Shown here piece by piece: positions 36,000 through 49,672 of a DNA stretch of 64,000 nt. The first letter of the stretch is position 1. Each line of letters begins with the position of its first letter. Origin of the DNA: Moniliella sp. 'wahieum' (taxonomy: Eukaryota); contig RSEE01000154.1 of assembly GCA_003971905.1 (NCBI GenBank), positions 1 to 64,000 of the forward strand, read 5' to 3'. Both the position numbers and the translations under genes were made by a program. The notes beneath the pieces were generated by a model. That model was not told where the DNA came from. It did no database searches and saw nothing but the letters and a program-made list of their open reading frames with translations.

Positions 36000-36791
36000 T
36001 TAGACAAACCCAAGCAGCGTGGGCGTCTTTGCGCATACGCGTCGTAGGCAGGAAGAAGGCGCGCAGATGATGTTCTTCATGGCGGATCGGCGGCGGAAAA
36101 AGTTGCCGAGCACCACGGCAAACAACACCACACTCACCGGGTTGGCCAGCAGGATTTGGGTGCCCACCGCCCAGTAGAAGAAGCCAACGTAGCTCGGGTG
36201 CCGCGAGTAGGCATACACACCCGATGTGACCAGCTCGTGGCGGTCGCTCTTGGACGTGGCGACGACATGGGAAAAGTTCTCTGCCGCATGGACCATCGCG
36301 AGCGACGCACGGTCTGGCCGGCCAGGACGACAGGCCTGTGGTGCACCCCAAACAACACAAACAGGTCAGGACGCTGTCGTCTATCGACTGGGATTCCCCG
36401 CCGAGCGAACACAAAATACAAAAACAGAAAAGCACCTACCGAGCCACAAGGTCCAGGGGGGCGGCACCCAGCCGAGGTACGCTTCCACCATCCATTCCAG
36501 CACGCCAGTGGCCATGGCGGCCAGCCCAGTGGCCTCGCCGTTGCGCAGAAGGAACGAGTCGGGGGACACACGGGAGGGCGCATAGCGCGCCGTGACGACA
36601 AACTCGAGGAGGTGGAAGAGGGAGAGGAAGACGACAAAGCACGCGAGGCGCGGGCCAAGGACGAGGGGCGCGTCGGAGGAGAACACGCTGAGGGCGCGGG
36701 GGAGGGCGAGGCCGATGGCGAGGCCGAGGCCGGAGCCGCTGAGCGCGCTCTGGAGCAGCGCGTGCGCGGGCGCGACGTACACGGAGGCCAT
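36000..36791 (-). CDS. STE14: Isoprenylcysteine carboxyl methyltransferase; intron 36336-36439
   Basis: [58 protein letters not shown]. Confidence 0.93.
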
Positions 36792-37103
36792 GGGGGGCGG
36801 TGGGAGGGCGTCGGCCGGGACGCGAGCGCGCACAAAGGGAGGCCGCCAGGGCCTCTGCTACGTTTGCAATGAGGCTCGTTAATCACGGTACTCGGCGCCG
36901 CGGGCGGAATGGGCGGCGGAAGCAGCGTGCTTCCGCCCGCGGCACCCACGGGCACGGCGCCAGTGTTGCGTGGCGCCCCGCGGCGCGCGCCGCAGAGGCC
37001 CCGACGCACCGCACGGCTGGATGCACTCGACCACCACCGGCGTCCACCCGCCGCCGACGACCTTCTCCACGGCCTGCTCCCACTGCCCCTGCCCTGCGCC
37101 GCC

Positions 37104-40100
37104 ATGCAGATGCTCACCAAGGTATGCCGCTGCCCTGCCTGTCCTCCGTGCTGACCCCCCCCCCCCCCCCCCCCCCAGTTCGAGAGCAAGAGCAACCGGT
37201 CAAGGGCGTCGCCTTCCACCCGTCGCTCCCGCTCCTCGCCGCCACGCTCCACAACGGCAGCGTCCAGCTCTGGAACTACCAGACCGGCACCATCGTCGAC
37301 CGCCTCGACGAGCACACCGGCCCCGTCCGCGGCGCCGACTTCCACCCCACCCAGCCGCTGCTCGTCACGTGCGGCGACGACTACCAGATCAAGGTGTGGA
37401 ACCACAAGACGCGCACGTGCGTCTTCACCCTCAGCGGCCACCTCGACTATGTCCGCACCGTCTTCTTCCACCCCGTCCAGCCCTGGATCCTCAGTGCGTC
37501 CGACGACCAGACCATCCGCATCTGGAACTGGCAGTCGCGCCAGTGCATCGCCATCCTCACCGGCCACAACCACTACTGCATGAGCGCCCAGTTCCACCCC
37601 ACCCAGGACCTCATCGTCAGTGCCTCCATGGACCAGACCGTGCGCGTGTGGGACATTAGTGGCCTCCGCCAAAAGTCCGACGCGGCCTCGGCGGCGACAT
37701 GATGGCCTCCGCTGCCGCTGCCGCTGGCACGCCCAAAACGCTCGAAGACCATCTTGCGCGCGCGGCCTACGGCGCCGGCGCCGGTGCTGGCGCAGGCGCT
37801 GGTGTCGACATGTTTGGCAACACGGATGCGATGGTCAAGTATGTGTTGGAAGGCCATGACCGGGGTCAACTGGGCCTCTTTCCACCCCACTTTGCCCCTC
37901 ATCGTCTCGGCCGGTGACGATCGCCAGATCAAGTTGTGGCGCATGAGCGAAACCAAGGCGTGGGAGGTGGACACGTGTCGTGGCCACTTTAACAACGTCT
38001 TCCCGCCATCTTCCATCCGCGTCATGGCCTCATCATTTCTGCCTCGGAGGACAAGACGATTCGTGTGTGGGACCTGGAAAAACGTACGGCTGTCCAAACC
38101 TTCCGTCGGGAGGTGGATCGGTTCTGGGTCCTGGTCGGCCATCCGACGGTCAACCTCTTTGCTGCCGGCCACGACAATGGACTGATCGTGTTCAAGTTGG
38201 AACGGGACGACCTGCGCACACGGTGCACAACAACTCGCTCTACTATGTCCGCGACAAGCAGGTCCGTCACCTCGACTTTACTACCAACACGGACGTTGCT
38301 GTCTTGTCGCTGGAAAATCTGGGATCCAAGTTCACGCCCCGCGGAGCCTCTCGTTTAACCCTGCCGAGCGCTCCGTCCTCGCTGTCGCCACGACGGGCAA
38401 CGATGTCAATGCTAAGGGCAGCTTCCATCTGGCTCCATTGCCGCGTGATGCGCAGGCATCGGGCCAGGCTACGCTCCGGACTCGGCCCAAACGGGCCTCA
38501 AGGGCGCCTGTTCCGCCGCCATCTTTGTCGCGCGCAACCGGTTCGCCATTCTCAATCGGGCCAGTCAGACGATCGAGGTACGGGACCTGAACAATGTGGT
38601 AACCAAAACGATTGCGTGTCCTGTACCCTCCTTTGCGGCACAGGCGGCTCCCAGCCCGGCTGGAACGGGCGGCGTCACGGATTTCTTCCCGGCCGGAACC
38701 GGTCACTGCTGTTGTCCACGCCGGCTGGGGTGATGCTCTTTGACCTGGGCCAGCAGCGGGTCTTGGCTGAGCTGGCCAACCCGCCGGTCAATACGTGGCG
38801 CGGCATACGGACGGCCAGCTGGCGCTCTTGTCCAAGCACACCTTGACGTTGACCCAGGCGGACCTGTCCCAGCCTCGTCTGATCCACGAAACGATCGGAT
38901 CAAGAGTGCGGGTGGGACGAGAGTGGGGTGGTGGTGTACACGACTCTGAACCACATCAAGTATGCTCTGCCTTCGGGCGACCATGGGATTATCAAAACGC
39001 TTCGTCAACCTGTCTATGTCGTACGCGCGTGGCAAGTCCATTGTCGTTCTCGATCGTCAGGCGCAGGTGGTTACCATCCCCGTCGACCCGACCGAGTACC
39101 GGTTCAAGTTGGCTCTGGCACAAGAGCGGTACGAGGACGTTTTGTCGCTCATCCAACACTCCAACTTGGTCGGACAGGCGATCATTGCCTACCTCCAGAA
39201 AAAGGGGTACCCTGAAATCGCACTCCACTTTGTCTCGGACCCCACCACGGTTCGACCTCGCTCTCGAAACGGGCAACCTTGAAGTGGCACTTGAGATGGC
39301 CGACAACTAGGAGCCGATGCAGTGTGGCGCCGCCTCGCTGACACAAGCTTGCGGTTGGGTAACGTCAAGGTTGCCGAACGTGCGCTGCAGAAGACCAAAC
39401 GGTTGGAACAGTTGTCTTTCCTCTACCTTCTCACTGGCCACCAAGACAAGTTGGCCAAGATGGGTACGATTGCAGAGAAGCGGGGACATGCTGAGCCGGT
39501 TCCAAAACGCATTGTTCTTGGGCGATGCCAGCAAACAGACTGCGGTCTACAAGACGTTGGATTGGACGCATTGGCATACGCCAAAGCGATCGCTTCGGGT
39601 TTGCCACCGCCTCCGGGGCTCGTGCCCCCGCCCACAGCCACGGGCTTGCCTTCTCTGGACAAGCTTCGCTTTCGCTCCGCTATTGTCACGCCTGCTTCGG
39701 TTGCGGGCAACTGGCCGCACAAGCCCGGTGCCGAATCGTTCTTTGATCGTGCATTGGCTGCTGGGGCTGCGGTGGCGGAGGTGGAGCAAGAGCAGGACGA
39801 CTGGTTGGACCAGGAGGACGGGTTTGGATCCAGCAAGGAGGACGATCCGGAAGGTGTGTACTGGCTGCTACGGGAGGTGTGCTGGCTGCGCCCGAGGTGG
39901 AGGCAGGTGGGGAAGAAGCGTGGGATTTGGAGGACGAAGTTGGGGCCGGAGCGGCGGTGGAGAGAAGAAGTGGCACTGCCTGCGTTGGTGGACCCGACTC
40001 AGGAGCGGACTGGTGCCGGCTCGGACGAGGCGGAACATTGGTTGCGCAACTCGACTGTCGCCTCGGTTCATGCGGCCGCGGGTAGCTTCGAGACGGCCAT

Positions 40101-40972
40101 GCTGCTGCTTCAGCGGCAAGTGGGCGTGGTGGACTTTGCACCGCTCAAGCCCATCTTTATGGCCTTGTCGTTGGGTGCCAAGGCATCTCTGCCTGCTGCC
40201 CGGGCTTCTCGCCGCTGGGTGGGGGAGACCTGGCTATTCCGTTGCGGGAGGATGTGGACGAGACGGAGCTGGCCAAGCGGCTGCCCGTGCGGCTGTGGAC
40301 GGTGCAGGAGCTGGCTGCCTCGGAACTCGGCGAGGCGTACCGCGCCGTGGCGCAAAACAAGTTGGCCGAGGCGCTGAGTCTGTTCCAGCAGCTGCTCTTC
40401 AAGGCCATCTTGACCCGGGGCGCCAATGGCTGAGGGGGCCGAGGTGGCGGACCTGGTGGCGCTCTGCCGCGAGTACCTGCTCGGAATCTCGATTGAGCTG
40501 GAACGACGCAAACTCGTGGCGCAAGACAGCGCGTTTGCCCATTCGTCGCGTGGACTGGAACTGGCATTGCTCTTTACGCGCACGCAGCTGCAACCGGCGC
40601 ACCAGCTCATTGCGCTTCGGTCCGGAATGGGCTTGGCAAGCAAAGCAGGAACCTCTTGATGGCTGCCTCGCTCGCCAAGCGTATTCTCCAACTCAGTGTC
40701 ACCCCGGACCGCGTCGCGCAGCAGGCCCAGCAAGTCATCTCGCTCGCCGACCGCAACCCGCGGGACTTGGTCCCGGTCGAGTATGGCCAGGAAGAAGGCA
40801 CGATCTGCGCCGGCTCCTTCACTTGGATTTCTGGTGACGTGCTGCGCCAACCGGGCGGCACGGTGCGCGACCCGCTCACGGGTGCCGTCTATCTCGCTCG
40901 CTACCGCGGCGAACGGGCGCTGTCGGGATCAGCCAGGTGGGCCGGCCCGGCACTGGCTTGCGCTCCTTTTAG
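37104..40972 (+). CDS. COP1: Coatomer subunit alpha; intron 37122-37178
   Basis: [23 protein letters not shown]40 repeats ([26 protein letters not shown]), [32 protein letters not shown] and C-terminus GTGLRSF*. Confidence 0.95.
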
Positions 40973-41124
40973 TCTCACACCAAAAACAACTGGCAATGTA
41001 TGCAACGAGATTGGGTTCCGGATCTGACAAGTACAGCCGAGGGGAAAGGAGAGGGGGGAGGAGAGGGAGAAGGAGAGGAGAAGGAGAGGGGGAAAGAGGG
41101 GATGAGAGATGAGAGATGAGACTA

Positions 41125-43126
41125 CTAGGCAGATGGGACAGAAGGTAGGACCTGTCGTCGTTTTTTCAGTTTCTTCTTTTGGCCCTTGGAGAGTTTGGGT
41201 GGGTCAGGTCGCTCGGCTTGGCTCGCCGGGTCCAAGGTCGGGGGGAGCAGCTTGCGCTTCTTGCGGGCCGGCTCGGCCGCGCGCATCGCGCGCAAACAGC
41301 GCGACAAAGAAGCCGTTGGAGGCGTCGTGTGGCACGCCCCGGCCTCAGGTTCGGGCGAGGGGGAGACAAACAAGCCCCCCGGGTACGCACGCAAGACGGC
41401 ATTGGTGTCCATCGCGTTCGCGTTCGCGTTCGCGTTCGCTCCTCGTCCTCGTTGTGCTCGAGCGCGACGCCGCGATGGGGCCAGTGGGCCAAGGGCCCTT
41501 GCGCCGACGCAGACACCAAGTGCCACCCGCGTTGCTGGGCCAAGGGCAACTGCAACGCCCGCGCACCACTTGCTCGTTCTCTTCCCGATGCACCGAGCAG
41601 TCGAGTAAGTAAACGCTCGAGCGAAGGGAACTTCATTGCCTGTTCAATCATCTTGACTTGCAGACCGCTCAAGTGGGCCAGACGGTCCTTCTCGTCCTCG
41701 GGTCCATGACCATCGTCCGCCTCGTCTCGGCGCGCGCTGTCAGTTGGTCCCACCGGCCCAGAATCCCCGACCCAGAGCAGGACGGGTCCAGGAGCAACAG
41801 ACGCACGTCCGACCAATCTTCGTGGCTCGGGTCGAGCGCAAGAAAGTCGCCTTGGACAGCGGTGGTGTTGTGCATGCCGAAGCGGGACGGATCGGAGGCC
41901 AGCGCGCCCACGCGTCGTAGTTGACCCTGTAGCGTCACATAGCGTTTCCGGTCGCGCTCTAGCGCGCCCAAAGCCCACTCTGGCGCCTCGGCATGCAACA
42001 GCGCAGATAAATGCGACGTCTTGTTCCCTGGTGCCGCCGTCGCATCCAGCGCACGCACACGGCCGTCCGGGGCGCGACGGGTGTCGCAGGCGTGTCGGCC
42101 AGAGCACGTACAATCGAGGAATGGACGTCCGTCGTCGCCTCCTGCCGGTCCGGACGAAAAAGTAGTAGGACGCCAGCAGCTGGGCCGGGAAGCAGGACGC
42201 AAGGTCTTGCAGCACGATGGCGCCGTGGGTGTACCAGTCCGAGGCGAGCAGGGTGGAGGTGAAAGAAGGATGGAAGGCATATACGTTGGGCACATGACTC
42301 GACCGGGCAAACGACGTGCCCGACGCGCTCAACCAGACGCCCTCGGGACCGGACGCGCAACAAGATGCAACCCAGCGTCCTGCGCCCACTTCTCAAATTG
42401 CTCTTGGGGCGAGATGCTGCCCCCCCCTCCCCCTCCTCCCTCCTTCCTTCGTGCCTCGCCCCAACGCGGGCACGCGCGCGGGCACCAGACGCACCCAGCG
42501 GGGCACACGCGCCGTCGCCTGCCGCTCGTCCCGGTCAGAGCGTAGCTCGTCCAGTGTCGATGCGCCGCGGGCAAGTTGGATTCGCACCAGGGCAGCATGC
42601 AAGCGGGCGCGTTGGGAGGTCAGGGCGACCAAGGGCGGGTACGAAGCACCGGCCTGGATCTTGCCCGCGGGGAGATGAGCAGGTCATGGAGCAAGACGCG
42701 GGCCAAGCTCGCTGCTGACGGCCGCGCCTCGCCTGGTCCCTTGGACACAGCGGTGGAGGGTGGAGGAGCAGAAGTAGAAGTAGAAGCATGAGCAGGAGGA
42801 AGGTGCTTGCGCTTGCGCTTGTGCTGGTTTGTCCTTGTGTGCGCGGGCGGATCGGCGGTCGATGGTGGTGGCAACGCGGGCGGGGCGGCGCCTCCTCGGG
42901 TCCAGTCGGGGGAGTTCTTTCCGGGACGCAGGAGGTCGGTGCGCTGGATCAGCTCGTCGAGCACGGCGGCGTAGGCGAGCGTGTTGGCGCAGAGGGCGAG
43001 CAGGCGGCGCTTGTGCGCTTGGCTGCCGCCCTTGGCTGCGGAGGCAGCGACGATGGCCTTGAGGCTGCTCGTGTGCTCCGCGACGGCGTCCAGCACGCCG
43101 GCGGCCTCGAGGTAGAAGGAAGCCAT
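41125..43126 (-). CDS. RCM1: 25S rRNA m5C methyltransferase (NSUN5/Rcm1 family)
   Basis: MASFYLEAAGVLD, IVLQDLASCFPA, DATAAPGNKTSHL, LLLDPSCSGSGI, HREENEQVV. Confidence 0.88.
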
Positions 43127-43410
43127 GGCGGATGATGCCGAGGATGCGTCGACCAACTCCAGTGGGGCTCCCCTGCTCAGGACGAAGGAGAAGAAGACGA
43201 ACAAGACGAACACGACCAGGAAGAAAAAAGCCAACCAGCGCGCCAAAACGAAAAGCGAAAAAGAAAATCAACGCGAATTGGGGCCGATTAAAGTATTTCT
43301 AAAGTGGGTGCGTGCTGGGGGCGCTCGGCCGGCGGCAGGTGCGCTACGTTGCCTTAACCCCACCGCCACCGCCACCGCCCATCGCGCCCGCGAGCTCGAG
43401 CTTGGCCACG

Positions 43411-45973
43411 ATGAAGTTCTACATCGACGAGCTGCCCGTGCTCTTCCCCTACCCCAAGATCTACCCCGAGCAGTATGCGTACATGACCGACCTCAAGCGC
43501 ACCCTCGACAGCAACGGCCACTGCGTGCTGGAGATGCCGTCGGGCACGGGCAAGACCGTGTCGCTGTCGCTGATTGTGTCCTACCAGCAGTTCTTCCCCA
43601 ACAAGCGCAAGCTCATCTACTGCTCCCGAACCGTGCCAGAGATCGAGAAGGCGCTCGCTGAGCTGCAGAGGCTGATGGAGTACCGTGCCACCTACACCGC
43701 CCCGGGCGACCCACCGGAAGACATGCTGGCCCTCGGCCTGTCGTCGCGCAAGAACTGTGCATCCACCCGGACGTGTCCGCGAGCGGCTGGGCAATGTGGT
43801 GGATGCCCGATGTCGAGATATGACGTCGGCATGGGCGTGCCAAAAGGGCCGCGCCGACCCCGATTCCGGAGTCAAGCTGTGTGAGTTTCACGAGGAACTG
43901 GGCACTCGCGAGCCGGGCAACTTGATCCCAAGAGGGGTTTGGACCCTTGAGGAACTCAAAGAGTGGGCCAAAGATCAGGGTGTGTGTCCCTACTTTGCAG
44001 CACGGCGTATGGTGAGTCCCTTGTTACCCCTGGTTTCCTACTCACCACGCTTTTGTGCTGACCTGCCGCGCGACAGATTCCGTTTGTCGACATATCATCT
44101 ACAGCTTTCACTACCTCTTGGACCCCAAGGTGGCGGAACAAGTCTCGAAAGAGATGAGCGCCGATGCGATTGTCGTCTTTGACGAGGCCCACAACATTGA
44201 CAACGTCTGCATTGAGTCGCTCTCAATCGACCTGACTCGTCCTATGCTCGACGCAGCCTACCGTAACGTCAATTCTCTCGCTGACAAGGTGGAGCAAGTC
44301 AAGGAGACGGACGCGTCCAAGCTGCAAGATGAGTACGAGCGATTGGTCAATGGACTTCAACTGGCAGACCAGCATGCGCCCGGTGCCGATGACGATCTGG
44401 CGGGGGAGGGATGGACGAAGCAGAGACGTTTATGGCCAACCCGTACTTCCGCAGGACCTGTTGCAAGAGGCGGTGCCTGGCAACATTCGTCGTGCAGAAC
44501 ACTTTGTTGCCTTCCTGAAGCGGTTTGTGGAGTACCTCAAGACCCGGATGCGGGTGTTGCATGTGGTGGCGGAAACGCCGCCGTCGTTTTTGCAGCACTT
44601 GAAAGATGTGACGTTTATTGAGCGCAAGCCACTCCGGTTTTGTGCTGACCGACTACGGATGCTGGTCTCGACACTCGAGTTGACCCGCTTGGACGAGTAC
44701 AGTGCATTGCAAAAAGTGGCCGCGTTCGCTACGTTGGTCGCGACGTACGAAAAGGGCTTCCTTCTGATCCTCGAGCCATTCGAAACCGAGGCAAGCACTG
44801 TGCCCAACCCCATCTTCCACTTTACCTGCCTCGATGCCAGCTTGGCCATCGCACCTGTCTTTGAACGCTTCTCCTCGGTCATCATCACTTCGGGTACGAT
44901 TAGTCCGTTGGACATGTACCCCAAAATGCTTCGGTTTGACACGGTGGTGCAAGAGTCGTATTCGATGACATTGACGCGCAAGGCCTTTCTGCCGCTTGTG
45001 ATCACCCGTGGTCCAGACCAGGTCGCAATTAGCAGTCGGTTCGAGGTACGCAACGACCCGGCGGTGGTGCGACAGTACGGGCACATCCTCGTCGAGTATG
45101 CCAAGTGTGTGCCCGATGGCATTGTCGCCTTCTTCCCATCGTACCTGTACATGGAGTCGATTGTGGCTGCGTGGCACGATATGGGCATCCTGGAGGATGT
45201 GTGGAAGTACAAACTGATCTTCATTGAGACGCCAGATGCCAACGAGACCGCTGTCGGACTGGAGAACTTTCGAAGGGCATGTGACAATGGCCGCGGTGCG
45301 ATTCTGCTGTCGGTGCGCGGGGCAAGGTGAGCGAAGGGATCGATTTTGACCACAACTATGGTCGAGCGGTAATCATGTTTGGTGTGCCGTACCAGTACAC
45401 CGAGTCGCGGATCCTCAAGGCCCGCCTCGAGTTTTTGCGTGACAACTTCCGGATCCGAGAAAACGACTTTTTGACGTTTGATGCGATGCGGCATGCGGCG
45501 CAGTGTGTGGGCGTGTGTTGCGCGGTAAGACGGACTATGGATTGATGATCTTTGCCGACAAACGATTTGCGCGGGCCGACAAGCGCTCCAAGCTGCCCAA
45601 GTGGATCGCGCAAGAAATCAGCGAGGCGCATAGCAACCTTTCCACCGACATGGCCGTCGTCGAAAGCCGGCGCTTTATGCGGCTCATGGGGCAGCCCTAC
45701 CCCGAGGGCAAGAACGGATACTCGCTCTGGGACATCACCGACATTGAGGAGCGCCAAGCCAAGGAGCAGGAGCACCTGGCGCGTCTGCTGCAGTTGGAGG
45801 ATGGCAAGGAGCTGGAGGCGTACGAGCAAGGCCGTCTTGCGCCGATCGACGAGGACCTGGACGTGGAGGTGGACATGGCTTCGCCGCAGGACAAGAACGT
45901 GGATGAGTTTGACGCCGAGTTTGGCGGCGGCGAGGACCTGGCGGCGATGGAGGATGTGGAGCTGCTTGCGTGA
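43411..45973 (+). CDS. RAD3: TFIIH helicase XPD; intron 44012-44076
   Basis: [84 protein letters not shown]. Confidence 0.97.
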
Positions 45974-46390
45974 GCAGATGGGAGGGAGCAATGCGCCTGG
46001 CGTGCGTCCAGCGACGCATTGGGCAGGGCCAATCGCATGCTTGGGACGCTGCCGACAGCCCGGAAGCACTGGTGTCGATGGGGTGGATGATGCAGCCGAT
46101 AGATATACACAGTGCCAGGGTGCCAGGGCCAAGAGGAGCACTGGCCCCGTGCGTGTCCCATCCCATCCGCCGGCGCGGGCGGGGGGCAGTGTATGACGCG
46201 TGGCCATGCGACAGACGCGAGAAGCGGACACCGGAGGATCGATGACGATGAGGTCGATGAGGGGGGGAAATCAGCGGGCAGTCGTCCCATCCCATCCCAT
46301 CCCATCCCATCCCATCCCCTCCCCTCCGCTTCGTTCTCCTCGTGGCTGATGCCGATGGCGGTGGAGGCGTTCGGGACGCGCGACACGCGC

Positions 46391-47777
46391 ATGACGCCGC
46401 TGCTGCTGCGTCTGCCCATCGAGGTGCACCTCGACATCCTCGCCTGCCTGCCCCTGCCGGAGCGCCTCGTCTGGGCACGCCAGACCTGCGCGCTGCTCCG
46501 CCACCTCGCCGCCCGTCTTGGCCGCCGCCTCCTCTGCCCGCCCACCACCCTCGCCACCCGCTCCGGCACCACCCTCACCGGCGCCCGCCTCCGCCTCCCC
46601 GACCTCTACGCCGCCGCCCACCTCGTCCTCCACGCTGCCGCTGCCACCCCCGCCGCTCCCGCTCGCGTGCTCCCCCGTCTCGATCTCGATCCCGAGCCCG
46701 AGCCCGATCCTGATCCCGCGCCGCCCGCACGGCCCTTCACCTCCCGACGCCCCCCATTCCCATCCCCATCCCCATCCCCATCCCCATCCCCATCCCCATC
46801 CCCATCCCCATTCTCAGGCCCACCCTCATGCCCCTCCCCATGCCCATTTCGACCTCGCTTCCCTTTCCTCTGCCGCGCTGCCCACTCCCCCGCCCGAGAG
46901 CGTGCAAAATGCGTGGTACGTACTGTCCCCGCGGCGGCAGAAGGAGCGTGCAGTGGCCCATGCCGCCGCGGCTGCCCAGGCGGCTGCCTCGCGCCATCGG
47001 CTTGCTGTTGACCGTGCCGGCTTGGACGCTGGACCGTTGAGCGATGCGCGTCTGTTTGTGCGTGCGGTGCGCATGCTGCTGGACGAATCGTTTGGTCCGC
47101 TCCCACTACGCTCTTCCCAGAGCGCAAGGGATACGCGCGCCGACGCCGGTCTACCCACTTCCCTCTTCCTTGTGGGATGGCATGGTGTGCCAGGCGACCT
47201 GCTGAGCCAAATGCTCATCTACGAACCCACCCTCCGCGCCGTAACCACCATTGTCAAGACCGACCAGCACGATGGCGACGACGTCTGGGCTTCCTTCCCT
47301 GGTGCCTATGCCTCGGCCCATCGTGCCCAGCTCCCTCTGGGAAGCGATCGGTACCAGATCTTGGCACAGCGTTTATCCTCCTCCCATCCAGGCTGTTCTG
47401 AGGACCCTTTGCACCTCGACTTGGCACCGAGCCTCGCCCCAAGTGCATCCTCTCCTCCTCCCCGTCTCGGCCTGACGGGGGGCAGGTAGGGGAGGAAGAG
47501 GAGGCAGTGGCGTGCCGGCACACCCAAGCCGCCGTCGCGATAGGCAGTCGTGACCCTCCCTTTTTCGTCAAGGGCGCCGGCCTGAGTGCGGGGTACGACT
47601 GCATTTGCTTCGGGTGCCGTCGGCGGAAGCGGATGGTGGGCCGCACGCGCCCCAGCCGCGCTCCGGCACATTATTCTCCAAGGCCGCTACCACCTTGCCG
47701 ACGCGCAGGAACTGGCGACCATGTTTGAGTGGAGCGAGACGACGTGCACCGGTTGTCGCCAGCCCATATTCGTCTGA
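46391..47777 (+). CDS. F-box protein with a C-terminal Cys/His cluster
   Basis: N-terminal LLRLPIEVHLDILACLPLPERLVWARQTCALLR is F-box-like. The C-terminus has CRH..CICFGC..CTGCRQPIFV*. Frameshifted. Confidence 0.65.
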
Positions 47778-48188
47778 CTTGCCACTCAACTCCTCCTTGG
47801 CCTCGTTTTCGTTTCCTCGTTGCGCACCTGGTTGGCCAAGCTTGTCAGCATGGCTCTTTCGTGACGTGCTAACCCTCCCCCCCCGCCCCCCGCGCCCCTT
47901 GTGACCTTTCGTTCTTGCTCCCGCGCATCTTGGCGCGGCTTACTCGCGCTGGATCATCGAGATGATCCAACGTCTATGTCCCCGTGCCGCTGCTCCATTC
48001 TCCCGCTTTTGTACTGTTATTCGCAGGTGCCCCTCCTTCATCGATCATCCACGCCCTTCCTTCTCCATGCCTCACTCACATCCATGACCCAGACCCATCC
48101 ATCCGCATTTTGTTCACACTTGAGTGCATAATAGTGCATACCGAACCTACGTTCCGGTCCTCGCGCCCGTACCGGGGACAGACCCCGA

Positions 48189-49500
48189 TCAGGCTGGTGC
48201 CTTGGCCTGTCGACAGTCCGTTAGCAGTGGGTTCCCAGCCAACCAAAAGCAGAAGCGAAGGACAGGAACGAGAACGAGAACGGGAACGTACCTTGGAATC
48301 CTCATAGACATGCTTGACAAAGATTTGTACATGACCTTCCCTCCTGGGCCAATCCCACCCACCTCGCCAGCACCGGGACCTTGGTGGCGTGCGTCCTCGA
48401 TGTTTGTGCGCCGGCAGCGAGGGCAAGCAGGCGTCCGTCGCAGCTAAATCCACCTGTGCTCAAGGGGGCCGGGAAGCGCGGGTACTGCCGCAATCGTTTT
48501 TTGGCTTTTGCATCCCACAGCGCACACACACCATCGCCGCCGAGACTGGCGAATGTGCCATGACTGCCAGCGCAAACACAGGTCAATCTCAATATCTCGT
48601 CCTCTCACTCTCACTCTCGCAGCATACAGGGAGGGGAACATGAGCACGTACATGGGGTGAAACAGGAGCGCATTGACCGGGTACACCGTGTCAATTCCAT
48701 CCACTACCATCCGATGGCACTTGAACGCATACCGTCGCGCCAAGCCTGCTTCGGTATTGTCGAAAAACTCGACGGCCACACGGCCCTCGACCGAGCTCAA
48801 GGCAAAGCCTTCGCCCGACGGCATGCAGGCCACATCGCGCACCATGAACTTGAGACTGGACTCGCGTGTCCACTCGGGTGCTAGACGCGCGTCGTTCCCC
48901 ACTGCGCCTTTCTTCAGCGCATCCACAATGGGCAGCAAGGAGTAGCACACCAGTTGCCGCCCGGCGGTAGCTACGAGCACGCGCGGGGTCGGGTCGAGCG
49001 GGGGCGGGGCCAACTCGGCATGGGACCAGGGGGGCGAGACGTCCATGGCCAACGCCTTATCGGGCAGAAGAAGTTTGTGCAGCAACTGGCTCTTGTCGGG
49101 GTCCTCCAAATCCACCTCCCACAAACTCAAACTGCGGTCCCACGACGCGGCCAACACGATCCCAGCCCGGGACAAACCGCACGCGGGCAATGGGCGCATC
49201 GTGTTTGCCCAGCACCATGCTGCGCCCGGTCTCGAGGTCGAGCAGACGCAGGCGGCGATCAACACTGCGCTGGCGGCGTACCGCTCGGACAGCCAGCAGG
49301 TGTCCAGCACGGCGGCGTCGTGCTCGAACGTCTGCAGCGCCGTCGCGCCGTCGGGCTGGACGTGGACGAGGTGGACACGCGCGTCCCAGCTGCTGAGCAG
49401 GGCGTGCGCGCGCGCGCATGCGTCGAGGGCCCGGGGAAGAACTGAGCGCGGACACGGGCGCGTGGGGCACGGCGTCGGTGCTGAGCTCGAAGTCGGACAT
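48189..49500 (-). CDS. BUB3: Spindle checkpoint WD40 protein; introns 48564-48651 and 48207-48291
   Basis: LLSSWD, RESSLKFMVRDVACMPSGEGFALSSVEGRVAVEFF, YAFKCHR..VYPVNAL, WDAKAKKRLRQY. The last exon reads AKAPA*. Confidence 0.92.
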
Positions 49501-49672
49501 GGCGGCGGCGGTGGTGGGGGCGGGGGGGAGCGGCTACGCGGTGGTCTGGGTGGGTGTTGGTTGGATGAGGAGGAAGCCGGCGGATTACGGCATGCGTGCA
49601 CGTGACCAACTGTGCGTCTATCCTTACCAGCAGACGGTCTGTATAATATACCCACTACCACCACCATCCCCA

